Shown: positions 21,939-34,393 of the stretch, piece after piece
Layout: each line of letters opens with the position of its first letter
How positions within the stretch are numbered: the first letter of the stretch is position 1
Assembly (NCBI GenBank): GCA_012862495.1
Contig: BLSG01000291.1
Coordinates: 120,105-175,088, forward strand
Direction of reading: 5' to 3'
DNA from: Thraustochytrium aureum
Taxonomy: Eukaryota
Length of the DNA stretch: 54,984 bases
Notes under the pieces: generated by a model
Database searches by the model: none
Told to the model about the DNA's origin: nothing
Seen by the model: the letters and a program-made list of their open reading frames with translations, nothing else
Program-made: the position numbers and the translations under genes

Positions 21939-24900
21939 CTAGATGCGGGACTTGACACACTCCACGTCCGTCATGTACCACTTGGCCAACAGCAACCGCC
22001 TCGGCGCGTCCTCGGTGCGGCTAATCACGCCAAAGAGGTTGTCCAAGAACCACTCGTGTGTGAGCGGCGCGACTTTGGCAATCGCAACCCCCGTCCTAGT
22101 CTTGTACACGTCGTTGCCTTCAGCCTCGGCGTCAACGCCTTGCGCGGACTGCTCACGACCAGCCCCGGGTCGTTCTGCAAAGCCTCCAAACGCGGCGAGC
22201 GCCAGACCAGGTCGGCGGCACCCTCCAGAGCGAGCGGGAGCGCCGGCAGCGACAGCGCTTTGAGCGAGGTGAACATGAGCGTGGCCAGCGTGGCCCCATT
22301 CCCGCCAGGCCCGCCGGCGCGGCCCGCCATGCGCTCGTCAACTGCAAGCAGCAGTCTGCGGAACGCCATCACGGCGACCGTTTGCGCTCGCACATCCGGG
22401 TCGCGGCCTAGAGACGTGCACAGCGACCCGACGACGAAGGAGAGCAGTTGGGTCGGTGTGCCGTGCGGGTGCGACGCAACGGCTGTCTCGACGTATCTCG
22501 GCACAATTGCCAGCCGCAGCGGCGGCGGGCGCACCAGCGCTTCAGCCGAGAGCCGCCTCCCAGCTGCCTCCTCGACACTCGCGATAGCAGTCGTAGCCAT
22601 CGATGCGACCTATGATTAAGGTGAACGAACGCATGCCGCACGCCAATTTGGACAAGCACGTCCGCCAAGAGGCTGGCAAGAGCTCTACGCCGCTCCAGCG
22701 CGTCTACATCACCAGCAGGGCTCGCCTCGGCATTGGCGCGTTCAGTGGCTTGAGCCGCTCTTTTGGGAGGGCGTCGCTTTTGCTGCTTTCCTGTGGCCGC
22801 CTGGCGTCGCTCCCGATCAAACGCGTCCAACACAGACTCTGCCGAAACCACCACAAAGCCGACGCCACGATGGCTCTCTGCGACCGGCCCGCCGCTGTCC
22901 TGATCCAAAAGCTCGTCAGGGGACGAGAGCGCCGGCAGCTTGCATGATTCCACGAACGCGTCCAGGAGCCATCCCTCCCCGAGACCGCACAGAAATTCGA
23001 CGCGGGCCCCGAGCACCCAGTCGTGGACCTGTCCCAACTGTTTGGAATTCTCGGCGGCGCCTTGCTCGACAATCGCCGACTCGCTTCGGTCCACATGTTC
23101 CTGCAGCAAAGTGCCAAGCATAAAGGCGCTGTCTGGCGCTGGGCTCATCTGGATCAGTGCCTGCAAAAGGCCCTCAAGCTCCACGGCGTCCTGCACACGG
23201 ACCTGGAAGGCGCTCAAGTTTGCGACGGCGTCCAAGAGGGCCATGGAAATGGGCGTGTCCACGAGCGGCACGCACCTAGACCCGAGAATCACGGTCGCCA
23301 AGTAGCCCATCTGAAGGAGCCGAGCGATTCCAGAGTGCACGCCGAGATACTCGGCAAGTGGGTCCGTCGGCGGCGTCGGCGGCTGCTTTGGCGACGGAGG
23401 CTTGGCCGCGTGCGATTCATCGTCCTCAGCATCGCTATCGTCACTGTCTTGGCCGACGGCGTCGCCTTCTCGCTCGTCGCCTTCCTGCTCGATGCCTTCT
23501 TTGTTCGTCGTCGACCGTGCGTGTGCCGTCGTCGGTCTCGGCAACCTCCTGGCTTTCCGCTTCCTGGGGGGCAGATGCCCCGGCATCTGCTTCTTTGCCG
23601 GTACCGTAGACAAGTTGAACCGTTCGTCGAGCGACCACCCCGCAGAGCGCGGGCGAGCCGCGGCAGCACCAGTACACTTGCCTCGAAAACCGCTGGAGTC
23701 TGCCAATCATCCAAGCTGACAAGAGGCTGGCGTGCGAGTCGCCCCGGGCTTGCGCAAACACGCCTTCCCCAGGCAGGCGCCCGAGCACCGTCGAGACAAG
23801 CTGCGGGGCGAGTTTGAAGAGCTCGGTCTCTGCAAATTCCCGCGCAGCCTCAGCGCGCCGGTCAAGCGAGAGGTCCCGCCATGGCTCTAGCGCTTCGCCG
23901 CACCAAAGCGAGCCGTGCAGCAGTCCCTCGGTGGCAGCTTGCAGAACCGCCGTGTCCCACTCGATCTGGGCGTCTGCGTAAACCGCCGCTAGGCCCACAT
24001 CCGCAACGAGGCCTCTCGCGCGTCGGGCCTCGCTGTCTAGAGGGGTGGCAAGCGCAGCCGAACTTGGTCTGCGCGATTCGACCATGTCGCAGCGGACCAC
24101 GGCACGCCGGGCTGCTGCGTGGAGAGACCGTTGCACCGCTGGCTGGGGGCTCAAGGACACGTTGGTTGCCCAAGCATAGTCGGGGGCGCCGCGAAGCAGT
24201 CCAGCAGCAACATAGGCAGCTGTATCATGCAGCTCGTCTCGCGTGCCCTCCAAAATCTCCACAACGCAGGCCACGGCAGGGCCGCTCGCCGCCTCGTAAG
24301 GCTGCAGCGACGCTGCACTCATAAAGTGGCCGTGAATCGCGCGCGCGAGAATCGAGCCATGGGCAAAGCCAACAGAGTCGCTCGATCGCCAAAGGCGCAT
24401 GATGCGCCGCAGCAGGTCGGAACCCACGACAAAGTGGAGGTTGACTTGCTGCTGCTGCTTGAGGCCGTTCTTGGCATAGGCGTCCAACTGCGTCGCTCGA
24501 GCTGCGAGCTCGGCAAGTGCCTCAAGAAGGTCTTGCACCGCACTAGGCTCGAGCGGCGCAGGAGGCCCGAGCTCGCTGCGGTCCAACACCCGCGTTAGCA
24601 GCTTGCAGGCAAAGGCTACGCAAGCAGGGGCCACGCGAGCAGGCCGGGCGCGCGAAAGCGCAGTGGCCATGAGGGCAATCGCGCGCGCACCAAGGGCTAC
24701 GTTGCCATTCTGGTGCGCTTGGCTGGCTGCCCGCTCGGGCGGCGAATCGATGCGCTGCAGGATGTCTACGCAAACGTTGATTGCGCGCTGGAGCGCCCGC
24801 CCCGTAGGCTCCATGTCTTCCGCCTCAACAAGGCGGTCGGCCCGAAGCTTGCGCGTGGGGATGGTCGAGATGTGCGAGGGGACCAGGTCGATCTTGGCGC

Positions 24901-27900
24901 GGATGGCCGCCTGCAGAACCTCGTTCTCCGTGAGCCCCTTGCCCTGCAGATATTCAACGCGCTCCTCAAGTGGAACCATCCTGTTGGACGGGTCTTTCAG
25001 GAAGGCCGCCCCGCGTTCTACATACTCGTCACGGACTGCAGCCATGTCCAGAGCGGGCCGCTCTGTCCCGCTGAGCCCCGAAAGCTCGATCGCAGCCGCT
25101 ATCTCCGACTCACTCAGTCCCTTGCTGCGAAGGTAGGCGACTCGCTCCTTAGGGTCCACCGTTTGCGTGGATGCGTTCCCAAGGAATGTAGCGGCTTGCC
25201 GTACAAGCGCATCTCGCTCCCCCTCTGGGCCCAAAGCCTGGGCCTCCTCACCCCCCCCAGCGGCCCCATCGGAAGGCGGCGCGATGCCAGCCACCGCTAA
25301 CGCCTCATCGACCTGCGCCTGGGACAAGCCTTTCTCGCGCAAGAAAGCAACTTGGCGCGCAGCGGTATAACCTTGGGCGCTCGTCTTGCGGAGGAAAGCT
25401 ACGCCCTGGGCCACGAGCGGATCGCTCGGCTGCGCCGCTCCACCGGCTGTTGCGGCGCTGTGGAGCTCAAATGCGGCGCCAATCTCCACATCAGAGAGGC
25501 CCTTGCTCTTCATAAACGAGAGCTTCTCCGCGTCGCTGTATCCGGCGCTCTTTAGGTTGGCGAGGAAAGCGCGTCCTTGCTTGACTTGGTCTGGGCGGGC
25601 CCCAGGATGGGATTCGAGGACGGCCCGCTCAACCTGCACGGCGGCTTGCCTTTCAACTCCCACTTTGGCAAACGCAGCATCGATCTCGGCCTCAGTGAGG
25701 CCCTTGTCGCGGAGGAAGCCGACGCGACTCTCGATTGAGGCACCGAGCGTTGAAGGATTGCGAAGAAAAGTAGCCCCTTGCTCGACTAGAGCACTCCGCG
25801 CGGCCCTTTCGTTGCTCTTGTCGTCGTGGACAGCATCGCCGTCCTCGGTGNNNNNNNNNNNNNNNNNNNNNNNNNNNNNNNNNNNNNNNNNNNNNNNNNN
25901 NNNNNNNNNNNNNNNNNNNNNNNNNNNNNNNNNNNNNNNNNNNNNNNNNNNNNNNNNNNNNNNNNNNNNNNNNNNNNNNNNNNNNNNNNNNNNNNNNNNN
26001 NNNNNNNNNNNNNNNNNNNNNNNNNNNNNNNNNNNCTACCGACGAGGACGACCCGCGCGTCTTCTCAAGGAAGGCACTTCCGGCGAGGACGCGCTTCGGG
26101 TCTGGCTCTGCGTTGCCCTCCGCCGCCGCCGCCTCAGCGTGTAGGGCTTGATCCAGAAGGTTGGCGTCCAGGCCCGCCTCGGCGCCGGCGCTGCGAAGCT
26201 GCGCATCGGTCAGTCCTTGCAACCGCAGGAATCCAGCTTGTCTTTCATCGGCTTGGCGGCTGTGACCGGGTCGCGTAGAAACCGCGCCGCGCTCGCCACC
26301 ACCGGCTCCTTCGGCTCTGCCTGCGCGTCGCCAGCATCGTGGGCCGCCTCCGCGCACGTGTCTGCAATCGCTTGGATCTCGGCTAGTTCGAGGACTTCCC
26401 CGACCATCGCGAGCGCCTCCTCAATCTCGTCAGCGGAGAGTCCTTTGTCAACCAGAAAGCGAACTCTGTCGCCGATTCCAGAGCTGGCCGCGCCCTTGTG
26501 CCGCAGGAATCGCTCGGCTTGCTTGATGCGCTTTGCGCGCGCGACGCGCTTGGCCGTCTCCTCCGACGCGTCCCGGTGGCTCGAATCGTGCTCTGCGTCG
26601 ATGCCCGACGTCTTCGCTTCTGGTTCACTGCTGTTGGCCGTCTCGTCATCGCTAGGCGCGCCACGAGACGGACCCGCCTCGCGCTCCTCCCCGCCTGCGC
26701 CTGTGCAGTTCATAGAAAGATGGGCGCTTGTTGGGTTTCGAGATAGGCCAGCCGTGCGATTGGGGCCAACGCCTCCAAACCCCGAGTCGCCCTTCGCCAG
26801 CGCGAAGGCCTCTTTGATTTCAGCGTCGGAAAGGCCCTTGGAGCGCAAAAAGCGGACCTTCTCAACATCCGAGCGGGACTTGGCCGAAGGGTGCCGAAGG
26901 AATTTGACCGCGTTTTGGACGCTCGCGGATGCGGACGCACCGTCGTTTGATGCAGCCCCCCCGGCTTTGCCCATGGGCGCGGCGTAAGGCGAGCCGGACT
27001 CCTCGCAAGCGGCTTGGATTTCAGGCTCTGTGAGACCTTTGTTGCGCAAAAACGCGAGCTTTTCCTCGGTGGACTTGCCAACAACGGTTGGGTGCGTCAG
27101 GAACGTGACACCCTTTTGCACCATCTCGCGCCGGTTTGCACCAGGCTCCACAACACCGGCAATAGACTCTGAGCCTCCTCGAGGTACCGGACCAGCGACC
27201 GGTGAGGCGGCGCGCAGGCTCGGTTCAGCCGCACCAGGGCCATCGATATACTCGGCGCGCAAGGCCGGAGTCAAGACGACACCGGCTCGCTCGCAAGCCT
27301 GGTCTATCTCGCGCGAGATCAGCCCCTTGCCCTTGAGGAAATCAAGCTTTTGCCGCAGCGTCTTGGCCTGCACCGACGGGTGCTTGAGGAAGGTTGCGCC
27401 GTTGCTGACCATGTCCTCGCGGGCTTCCCGAGCCTTGTAGGCGGCAAGACGGTCTAGCTGCTCAACGGTCGGAATGTGGTCTGGCTGTGACAGCTCGCAG
27501 GCTCTGATGATCTCGGGGTTGCTCAAGCCCTTGGCCTTGAGGAACGCGAGCCTCTCGTCAACTGGCTTTCTCTTGATTTCGTCCATGGCGAGAAAGGCAG
27601 CGCCGTTCTCGACCATGTCCTTGCGCAGGGGCTCGTTGAACTGGTAAGATGCGGGCGGTTCAATGCCAACCTGCGCGCAGGCAATGCGAATCTCCGTGCG
27701 GTTCAGGCCCTTGTCTGCAAGAAAGGCCAGCTTCTCGTCGATGGAGCGCCCCTTCACTTGGTCGTCTTCCAAGAAGGTCACTGCGGAGTCGATCAGCTCG
27801 TCGCGCAAGGGGTCTTCGATCGGCACGCCGTCCTCGGGCACATTGGCTTGCAGTTTTGCTGCCCACCGACTGACCAGCCTCAGGGCCTGGCCCTGGAGGC

Positions 27901-28090
27901 CTGCGAGCTTGTCGTCCCGACTGGCGGCCAGCTCCAGCAGCCACTCGACATGCTCGAGGTCAAACACAGCCTCGCACCCTTGCAAGATCTCGACAGCCCG
28001 CTCACTCTCGCCGTCCCGAGCCGCGCGCCTGGCCAGCTCGACCGGCTCGAGGGCATCGGCGCCACTACTGGTCCGTGTTGCCGCCGCCAT
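21939..28090 (-). CDS. ~2000-aa protein with at least 13 tandem Pex14 N-terminal domains and a PEX8-like helical C-terminus
   Basis: The unit R..lV..A..FL..P.v......eKl.FL..KGL...EI..A recurs 13 times between ~27810 and ~24900. The ORFs are joined across gap 25851-26035 and frame breaks at ~26232, ~23710, ~22610 and ~22160. The protein ends LFGVISRTEDAPRRLLLAKWYMTDVECVKSRI*. Confidence 0.75.
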
Positions 28091-28326
28091 TCCGTGCCCA
28101 GGCAAGCTGAAACAGCAGTGACCGCGCAGGTCCCCGGAGCGCCCAGCTCGCCCGCTGCGCGCGAGCCAGCAACGCCTCGGCCGTCCCGGCGCCACAGCCT
28201 AGGCCTTTCGGGGTCTGCCGGAGACACCAAGTCAGACTGCGGCTTTTCGGCCCCAAGGACGTGGGAATCCTGGAAAAAAAATGCAAGAATGGCGCACGAT
28301 GGAGGTCTGCGCTGGACGCGCACGGC

Positions 28327-31254
28327 CTAGAAGACTCCGTTGGAGAGCTGAAGAGCGCAGGGAAATGCTCGGCAGCTGCGGACAGCGCGCGCCCGTCGAA
28401 TGAGCCGCTGACGAGGATTGGGACAAGTTGGGAGAAGGTGGGACACGCTGTCGCAGGAAGCGGCCACCGGTGAAAGCGACCGCGACAGCGACAGCGACAG
28501 CGACGGCCGAGCTGCGCGGTTGGCGTGCGAGCGGAGGTCGTGGTTCCTGGCGTGATGCATGTTGACAAGCTTGGCGAGCGCCGAGAGGCGCCGGCTGGAC
28601 TTGGGGCCTTCCCCTTTCGCAGTTCAGGAAAACTGAAGTGGTCAAAGTTGGGTTGAGACAGCGATCAAACAGTTGCTCGGCTTTGCGCCAAAGGTTGCTA
28701 GACGCCCTCGGGGCGAGCGGGGACAACGCCCCCTTCCAGCTTGGTTGCGCTGCCGCTGAACGCCGAGTCTGCCCCGAGTCTGAGCTCTTAATGAGCGCGT
28801 AGCCTATGAAGCCAACGAAGGCGACGCCAAGAATCGAAAACACAACGCTCTGCCAGACGGTCGAGGCGGTCCCGGCGCTGGCGTCCGCATCCGGCTGGTC
28901 GACTTCAGCGACGGCGGCGGAAGACCGGCACAAGAGCGCGTCAGCGTCAGCGTCATAGCTTGCAATCCAGTCGTCCCGCACAAACACCATCGTCGCGTAC
29001 GGCGGCACCTTGGTGCCCTTGAGGAGGAGCCTGGCCACCCCGTCCTCGGCCGTCTTCGCCGTCGCCGAAAAGTTCGAGAGGATGTCGGTGTACGNNNNNN
29101 NNNNNNNNNNNNNNNNNNNNNNNNNNNNNNNNNNNNNNNNNNNNNNNNNNNNNNNNNNNNNNNNNNNNNNNNNNNNNNNNNNNNNNNNNNNNNNNNNNNN
29201 NNNNNNNNNNNNNNNNNNNNNNNNNNNNNNNNNNNNNNNNNNNNNNNNNNNNNNNNNNNNNNNNNNNNNNNNNNNNNNNNNNNNNNNNNNGTGGCCTCTG
29301 CGCCATGGCCATTGACAACAACGACGACTTCCTGGTCCTTGGTCGTGCGCGAGAACGCGACCAGGCCTGCCGATGCAGACAGCTGGCCGCCGGCCTGGCG
29401 GTACGTCTGGGCGCCGCGGCGAAGCGGGGCGCACGAGTCGCGCACCACGTTGAAGCGGCGGATCGCTGCCGCGATGGGGCTGTCGAGCTTGAGGAATGGG
29501 TCTTGCTTCCAGTTCTTGGTGAACGGGTTTGGCCCTGACCGAGAGATGTTCATGAGGGCGCTGGCGCGGGACGCGTCGGCCATGCCGAGGTTGTAGCCCG
29601 CCCCAGCCCACATTGTCTGGCGAAAGAGCGAGTCGAACCAGCCGCCTGACCAGGTCCCGTCGCAGTGCTCGCGAATCAGCTTGGTGGGATTGTCGTTTCC
29701 AGTCTCGAAGCCAACGTTGATGGCGGCATAGCTGCAGTTCCCGTTGAAGCCCTGCTCGCTGCCGTAGTAGACGAGCGGGAGGCCCTCGGCGAAGTGCACG
29801 TAGGACTGGGCAGCAATGGCACCCGGCTCGTTGCTGAGCCAGCCCGGGTCGTCGCCCTTGCGGTGGAGGAAGCGCTCCTTGTCGTGCTGGTCGGCGTAAA
29901 GCCAAAAGTTGGTCAGGTTTGCTGCCACCGCGAGCTCGGCTCGCTCCACTGACCCGAGCTGCGACGTGAAGCGGGATGCCGGGTTGGCATAGCGGCCCCA
30001 CTGGCGCAGCGCGTTGCTGTGATCGAAATCGTAGGCGCCGGTCCAGCCCGCAAATGGCTGGTTCGGGTGCTTGGAATAGGTGGGCTCGACGGCACCAAGG
30101 ACCTGCGCAGTGCGCGCTGTGGTGAAAGCGTTTGTGGCAACTTGGCCGACCTGGCGGAGCTGGAATTCGGCAGCCTTTTCGTCCGAAGCGATCTCGCCGA
30201 TCATGAAGAGGTTGTCCTTGCCCAGCGCGAGGGCGTAGTCTCGGACGTGCGTGCAAAAGTAGGCCGCAAACGAGTCGGAGGTGTGCTTGACTGCGTCGAG
30301 GCGGAAGCCGTCCACGTCGGCGGCGGCGACCCAGTACTTTGCCATCTCGGTGAGTAGGAGCTGAACGTCGGGGTCCGCCGAGTTCAAGTCAAACATGTAG
30401 TTGTCAACGAAATCGCCGTAGATTGTCTCGGACGGCTTGTCGCTGAGCGTCCAGTCCACGCCGCCGCAGCGGCTGAGAAAGTCTGGGTGGCGCAGCGGCG
30501 GGAAGAACGAGTCGGCAAACAGGACCTCGCGGCGGCCTCGGATCGCCTCCTTGGCGATTGTACCGTTCTCGTGCGCGTACATGTCGTCGGTGCATGCGTA
30601 GTGGTCGCGCGCCCAGTCCCAGTCTTCCGTGGCGTTGTACAGCGTGGCGGGGTCGCACACGTGGTTGACGACAAAGTCCATGATGATGTACATGCCCCGC
30701 TTGTGCGCCTCGCGGGTGAGCTCCTGGAGGTCGGCCAGCGTGCCGAATGAAGGGTCTATGCGCAAGTAGTTGCTCATGCAGTACCCGTGGAAGATGCTGT
30801 CTCCGTTGAAGAGGAAGCTGGTCAAGAATACAGTGCGGGCCCCAAGGGCTTTGATGTAGTCGAGGCGGTCAGTGACTCCGCGAATGTCGCCGCCGTGCTT
30901 GTACTTGTACGTGCTCCAGTACTGATCATTGTCTTGCTCCCACCGTTGCCAGGGCGGCAGGTTGAGGTCGTCGTTGCTCGAGTCGCCGTTGTTGAACCTG
31001 TCCGTGAAGATCTGGTACACCGAGTGGTCGCCCCACGCTTCGGGGCTCGGCATGCGGCCAGTGCCGCCGGCGTCGGCGTTGGCCGCGGCAAACTCTGTCT
31101 CGCCGATCGCGGCCAGCCCCTCGGCCCACTGCCTCACGCTTGCTTTGCCGCCAGGCGCGCCGGCGTCGGGGAGGTTTTCGTCCCAAACGCCACCATTGGC
31201 TACTGCGACGAGGGCAAAGCAGCCAGCGACTGCTCGTCGGGCTGCGCGGCCCAT
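28327..31254 (-). CDS. Secreted, membrane-anchored GH13 alpha-amylase family glycoside hydrolase (3' end uncertain, about 28232-28330)
   Basis: Signal peptide, then YQIFTDRF.NGD, GGDIRG...LDYIKALG, HGY, DFVVNH, DGFRLDAVKH (nucleophile D), IGE (acid/base), QHD, GLPLVYYGSEQ. After gap 29095-29290 comes a TM segment VVFSILGVAFVGFIGYALI. Confidence 0.9.
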
Positions 31255-32175
31255 TCTCGCTTCGTNNNNNNNNNNNNNNNNNNNNNNNNNNNNNNNNNNN
31301 NNNNNNNNNNNNNNNNNNNNNNNNNNNNNNNNNNNNNNNNNNNNNNNNNNNNNNNNNNNNNNNNNNNNNNNNNNNNNNNNNNNNNNNNNNNNNNNNNNNN
31401 NNNNNNNNNNNNNNNNNNNNNNNNNNNNNNNNNNNNNNNNNNNNNNNNNNNNNNNNNNNNNNNNNNNNNNNNNNNNNNNNNNNNNNNNNNNNNNNNNNNN
31501 NNNNNNNNNNNNNNNNNNNNNNNNNNNNNNNNNNNNNNNNNNNNNNNNNNNNNNNNNNNNNNNNNNNNNNNNNNNNNNNNNNNNNNNNNNNNNNNNNNNN
31601 NNNNNNNNNNNNNNNNNNNNNAGGAAACGACGGGCCTCGGAACACTCGCGACGAGCAGGGGCCGCCAGGTCAAGATGGCTCGTCTCCGTTGGCAGTGCGC
31701 ATCTTTGAGGATGATGAAGGATCCGACCGCGTGAGCGCGTGAGGTATCGGATAGAGTATGCGTGGTGGCTGACTGCGCGGCGTCGCTCGAGACCTGGACA
31801 ACGTCAGTTCGAGACCAAGCTGGGTTTTTGTGGCACTCGCTGTTGCTCAGCAAGTCTGGCGGCCCGAGGCTGGCTGGCCCGGTCTGCCGCGCAGGCGCGG
31901 GCGGATCCGAGTGAGTCAACGTGGACGTGCCGGCACGCCGCTCAGGATGGACCATGCGGGAAGCTGCCGCAATTGAAAAACCTTCTGCTAGCCCGCTTCG
32001 AAAGCAGCAGGCGCGAGCGGCGGGAGTGCACGAGCAGCGGGCCACTCGCGCACCCAGGGCGGGCGGGCGGGCGGGTGGCACGGGACAACCCCGGTTTTCT
32101 CGCTCTGACGGGGCAACGCAAAAGAAAAGAAAAGCGATTGGAGCTGGATGGAGCTGGTTCTCGCGGGTTGAGGGC

Positions 32176-33309
32176 TTAGTGGAGGGTGGCCGGGTCGGTG
32201 AAGTGGAACTTCTTGGCGCCGGTGGCGGCCATGACGATGTCAAAGATGCCGAATTGGCCGGCCGTGAGCGTGCCGATCATGACGCAACGCGGGAGCAGGC
32301 CAGTGAAGCAGAGGTTGACAAAGCCCATCTCGGCGGCGACGCGGCCGAGGCGCACGACGATCGAGCCGTCGCCACCGGCGCCGGGCTTGTTGATGACACT
32401 GAGGAGGGTGTCGGCGGGGTGCGAGATGACGGCAGCGGCAACACCGGCGATGACACCAGAGGACAGCGAGATGGTGAGCTTGGTGGAATCGGAGGAGGTG
32501 GCGAGCTCGGTGCCGGTGGCGATGCAGATCTGCTCCTGGGCCCAGCCCTGGACGGCGAACTTGGCCATGGTGTACGGGATCTGCTTGAACAGGATGGGGA
32601 CAAAGCCGGAGTAAAAGCCCTTGACGAAGCCCTCGTCCTTGATGATCTTGGGGAAGGCGCCCAGCAGGCCGTTGGCGTAGCTCGGGTTGGCGACGAGCTT
32701 GATGCGGGTGGCCTCGAGCGGGCAGAGGAAGCAGTCGGCGATGAACTCGGCGCAGGCGGCGGACAGCAGGTAGATGGGCATGCGCATCTCCCAGGCCTTC
32801 TCCACGCCGAGGTACTGCGCCTGCTGGATCTTGAAGAACTCGACACCGCCAAACTTGAACCAGCCCTGGATGAAGTAGCCGACGGCGGTCGGGCCGAGGC
32901 CGGTGGCGAGCGCGCCGACACCCTCGTCAGCGATGACGGTGCGGAAGCCCGAAATCATGCCCTTGTTGTACTTTTTGGGCTCGAGCTGGATGCGGGTCTT
33001 GACGACGTCCACGGGGCAAAGAGCGCCATGGGTAATGCCGCAGCAGATCTGTCGTTCCAACGCCGGTCAGAAAACATCCCGGCGCGCCGCCAGCCAGCCA
33101 CCCAGCCAGCCACCGCCCCGCCGCAACCTCCCCTCAGGCCAACGTACCCCACCCGCGAGCGCCCCCTTCAGGTAGTACGTCAGGTCAAACGGGCCCTGCT
33201 CGCCGCTGTACGCGCGCACAGCCGGCGAGAACGCGCGCACTTTCGGCGCGGCGACAACAGCGGGGGAGCGCTGTTCCGCCTGGAGCATCTGAGCGATCGG
33301 GCCAAACAT
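32176..33309 (-). CDS. SLC25A3: Mitochondrial phosphate carrier (SLC25A3/Mir1 family), paralog 2; intron 33049-33147
   Basis: GALAGG|ICCGITHGALCPVDVVKTR, GYFIQGWFKFGG, LCPLEATRI, KQIPYTMAKF, SHPAD, RCVMIGTLTAGQF. The 99-nt GT-AG intron contains CTGAC. Confidence 0.95.
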
Positions 33310-34393
33310 CCTCGCAAGTCACGTCCACCCTCAATACGATCCGATGCGACAACCGGTTGCGCGCTGCTCTCTCCTGACGCTCCTCGGCCTCCTTCCCTCC
33401 TGCTGCTCGCTCTGCTGGCTGCTGCTCGCGCGTTACAGCTCTGCCGCTCTGCCTTTCTGCGGGAGGGCGGCTGGCCGGCCGCTCGACCGACGCCCTGACC
33501 CTCTATATCTACACGCCGCACCTTACATCCAGGCACGTGGCGAAATAGCGGGCCTTCGACGCGCGCGCCGCCCTAACCGAGCGGCTTAGGGCGGTGGGCT
33601 CCGGGGAAACTCTTGGTTCGCGCGGCGGCGGGAACCTAACCCAGAACAACCGGGAGCGAGGTGAGAACCTAACCCGGGGGCGGCGTCGGGGGAACTGGAC
33701 CGAGGTTTGCCCGAGGNNNNNNNNNNNNNNNNNNNNNNNNNNNNNNNNNNNNNNNNNNNNNNNNNNNNNNNNNNNNNNNNNNNNNNNNNNNNNNNNNNNN
33801 NNNNNNNNNNNNNNNNNNNNNNNNNNNNNNNNNNNNNNNNNNNNNNNNNNNNNNNNNNNNNNNNNNNNNNNNNNNNNNNNNNNNNNNNNNNNNNNNNNNN
33901 NNNNNNNNNNNNNNNNNNNNNNNNNNNNNNNNNNNNNNNNNNNNNNNNNNNNNNNNNNNNNNNNNNNNNNNNNNNNNNNNNNNNNNNNNNNNNNNNNNNN
34001 NNNNNNNNNNNNNNNNNNNNNNNNNNNNNNNNNNNNNNNNNNNNNNNNNNNNNNNNNNNNNNNNNNNNNNNNNNNNNNNNNNNNNNNNNNNNNNNNNNNN
34101 NNNNNNNNNNNNNNNNNNNNNNNNNNNNNNNNNNNNNNNNNNNNNNNNNNNNNNNNNNNNNNNNNNNNNNNNNNNNNNNNNNNNNNNNNNNNNNNNNNNN
34201 NNNNNNNNNNNNNTCGGGGCACCGCGTCTTCGTTGATCCCGATCATGCATGGGCTCATCGATGTTCTGCATGTTGCGGGCAGATCCTCAACGAGCACGGG
34301 CTACTCATCGAAGCGAGATTGGATCTTGCCTGATACGTCGAGCGGCCTGCAAGACAAGTGGGTGGCGTCCAGCTCGCGTGCGCGTTGCGTGGC

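Noticed and set aside
21939..28090. Pseudogene interpretation of the frame-broken genes
   Set aside because: Motifs are intact, long reading frames persist, and similar breaks occur throughout the window. Assembly error is the simpler explanation.
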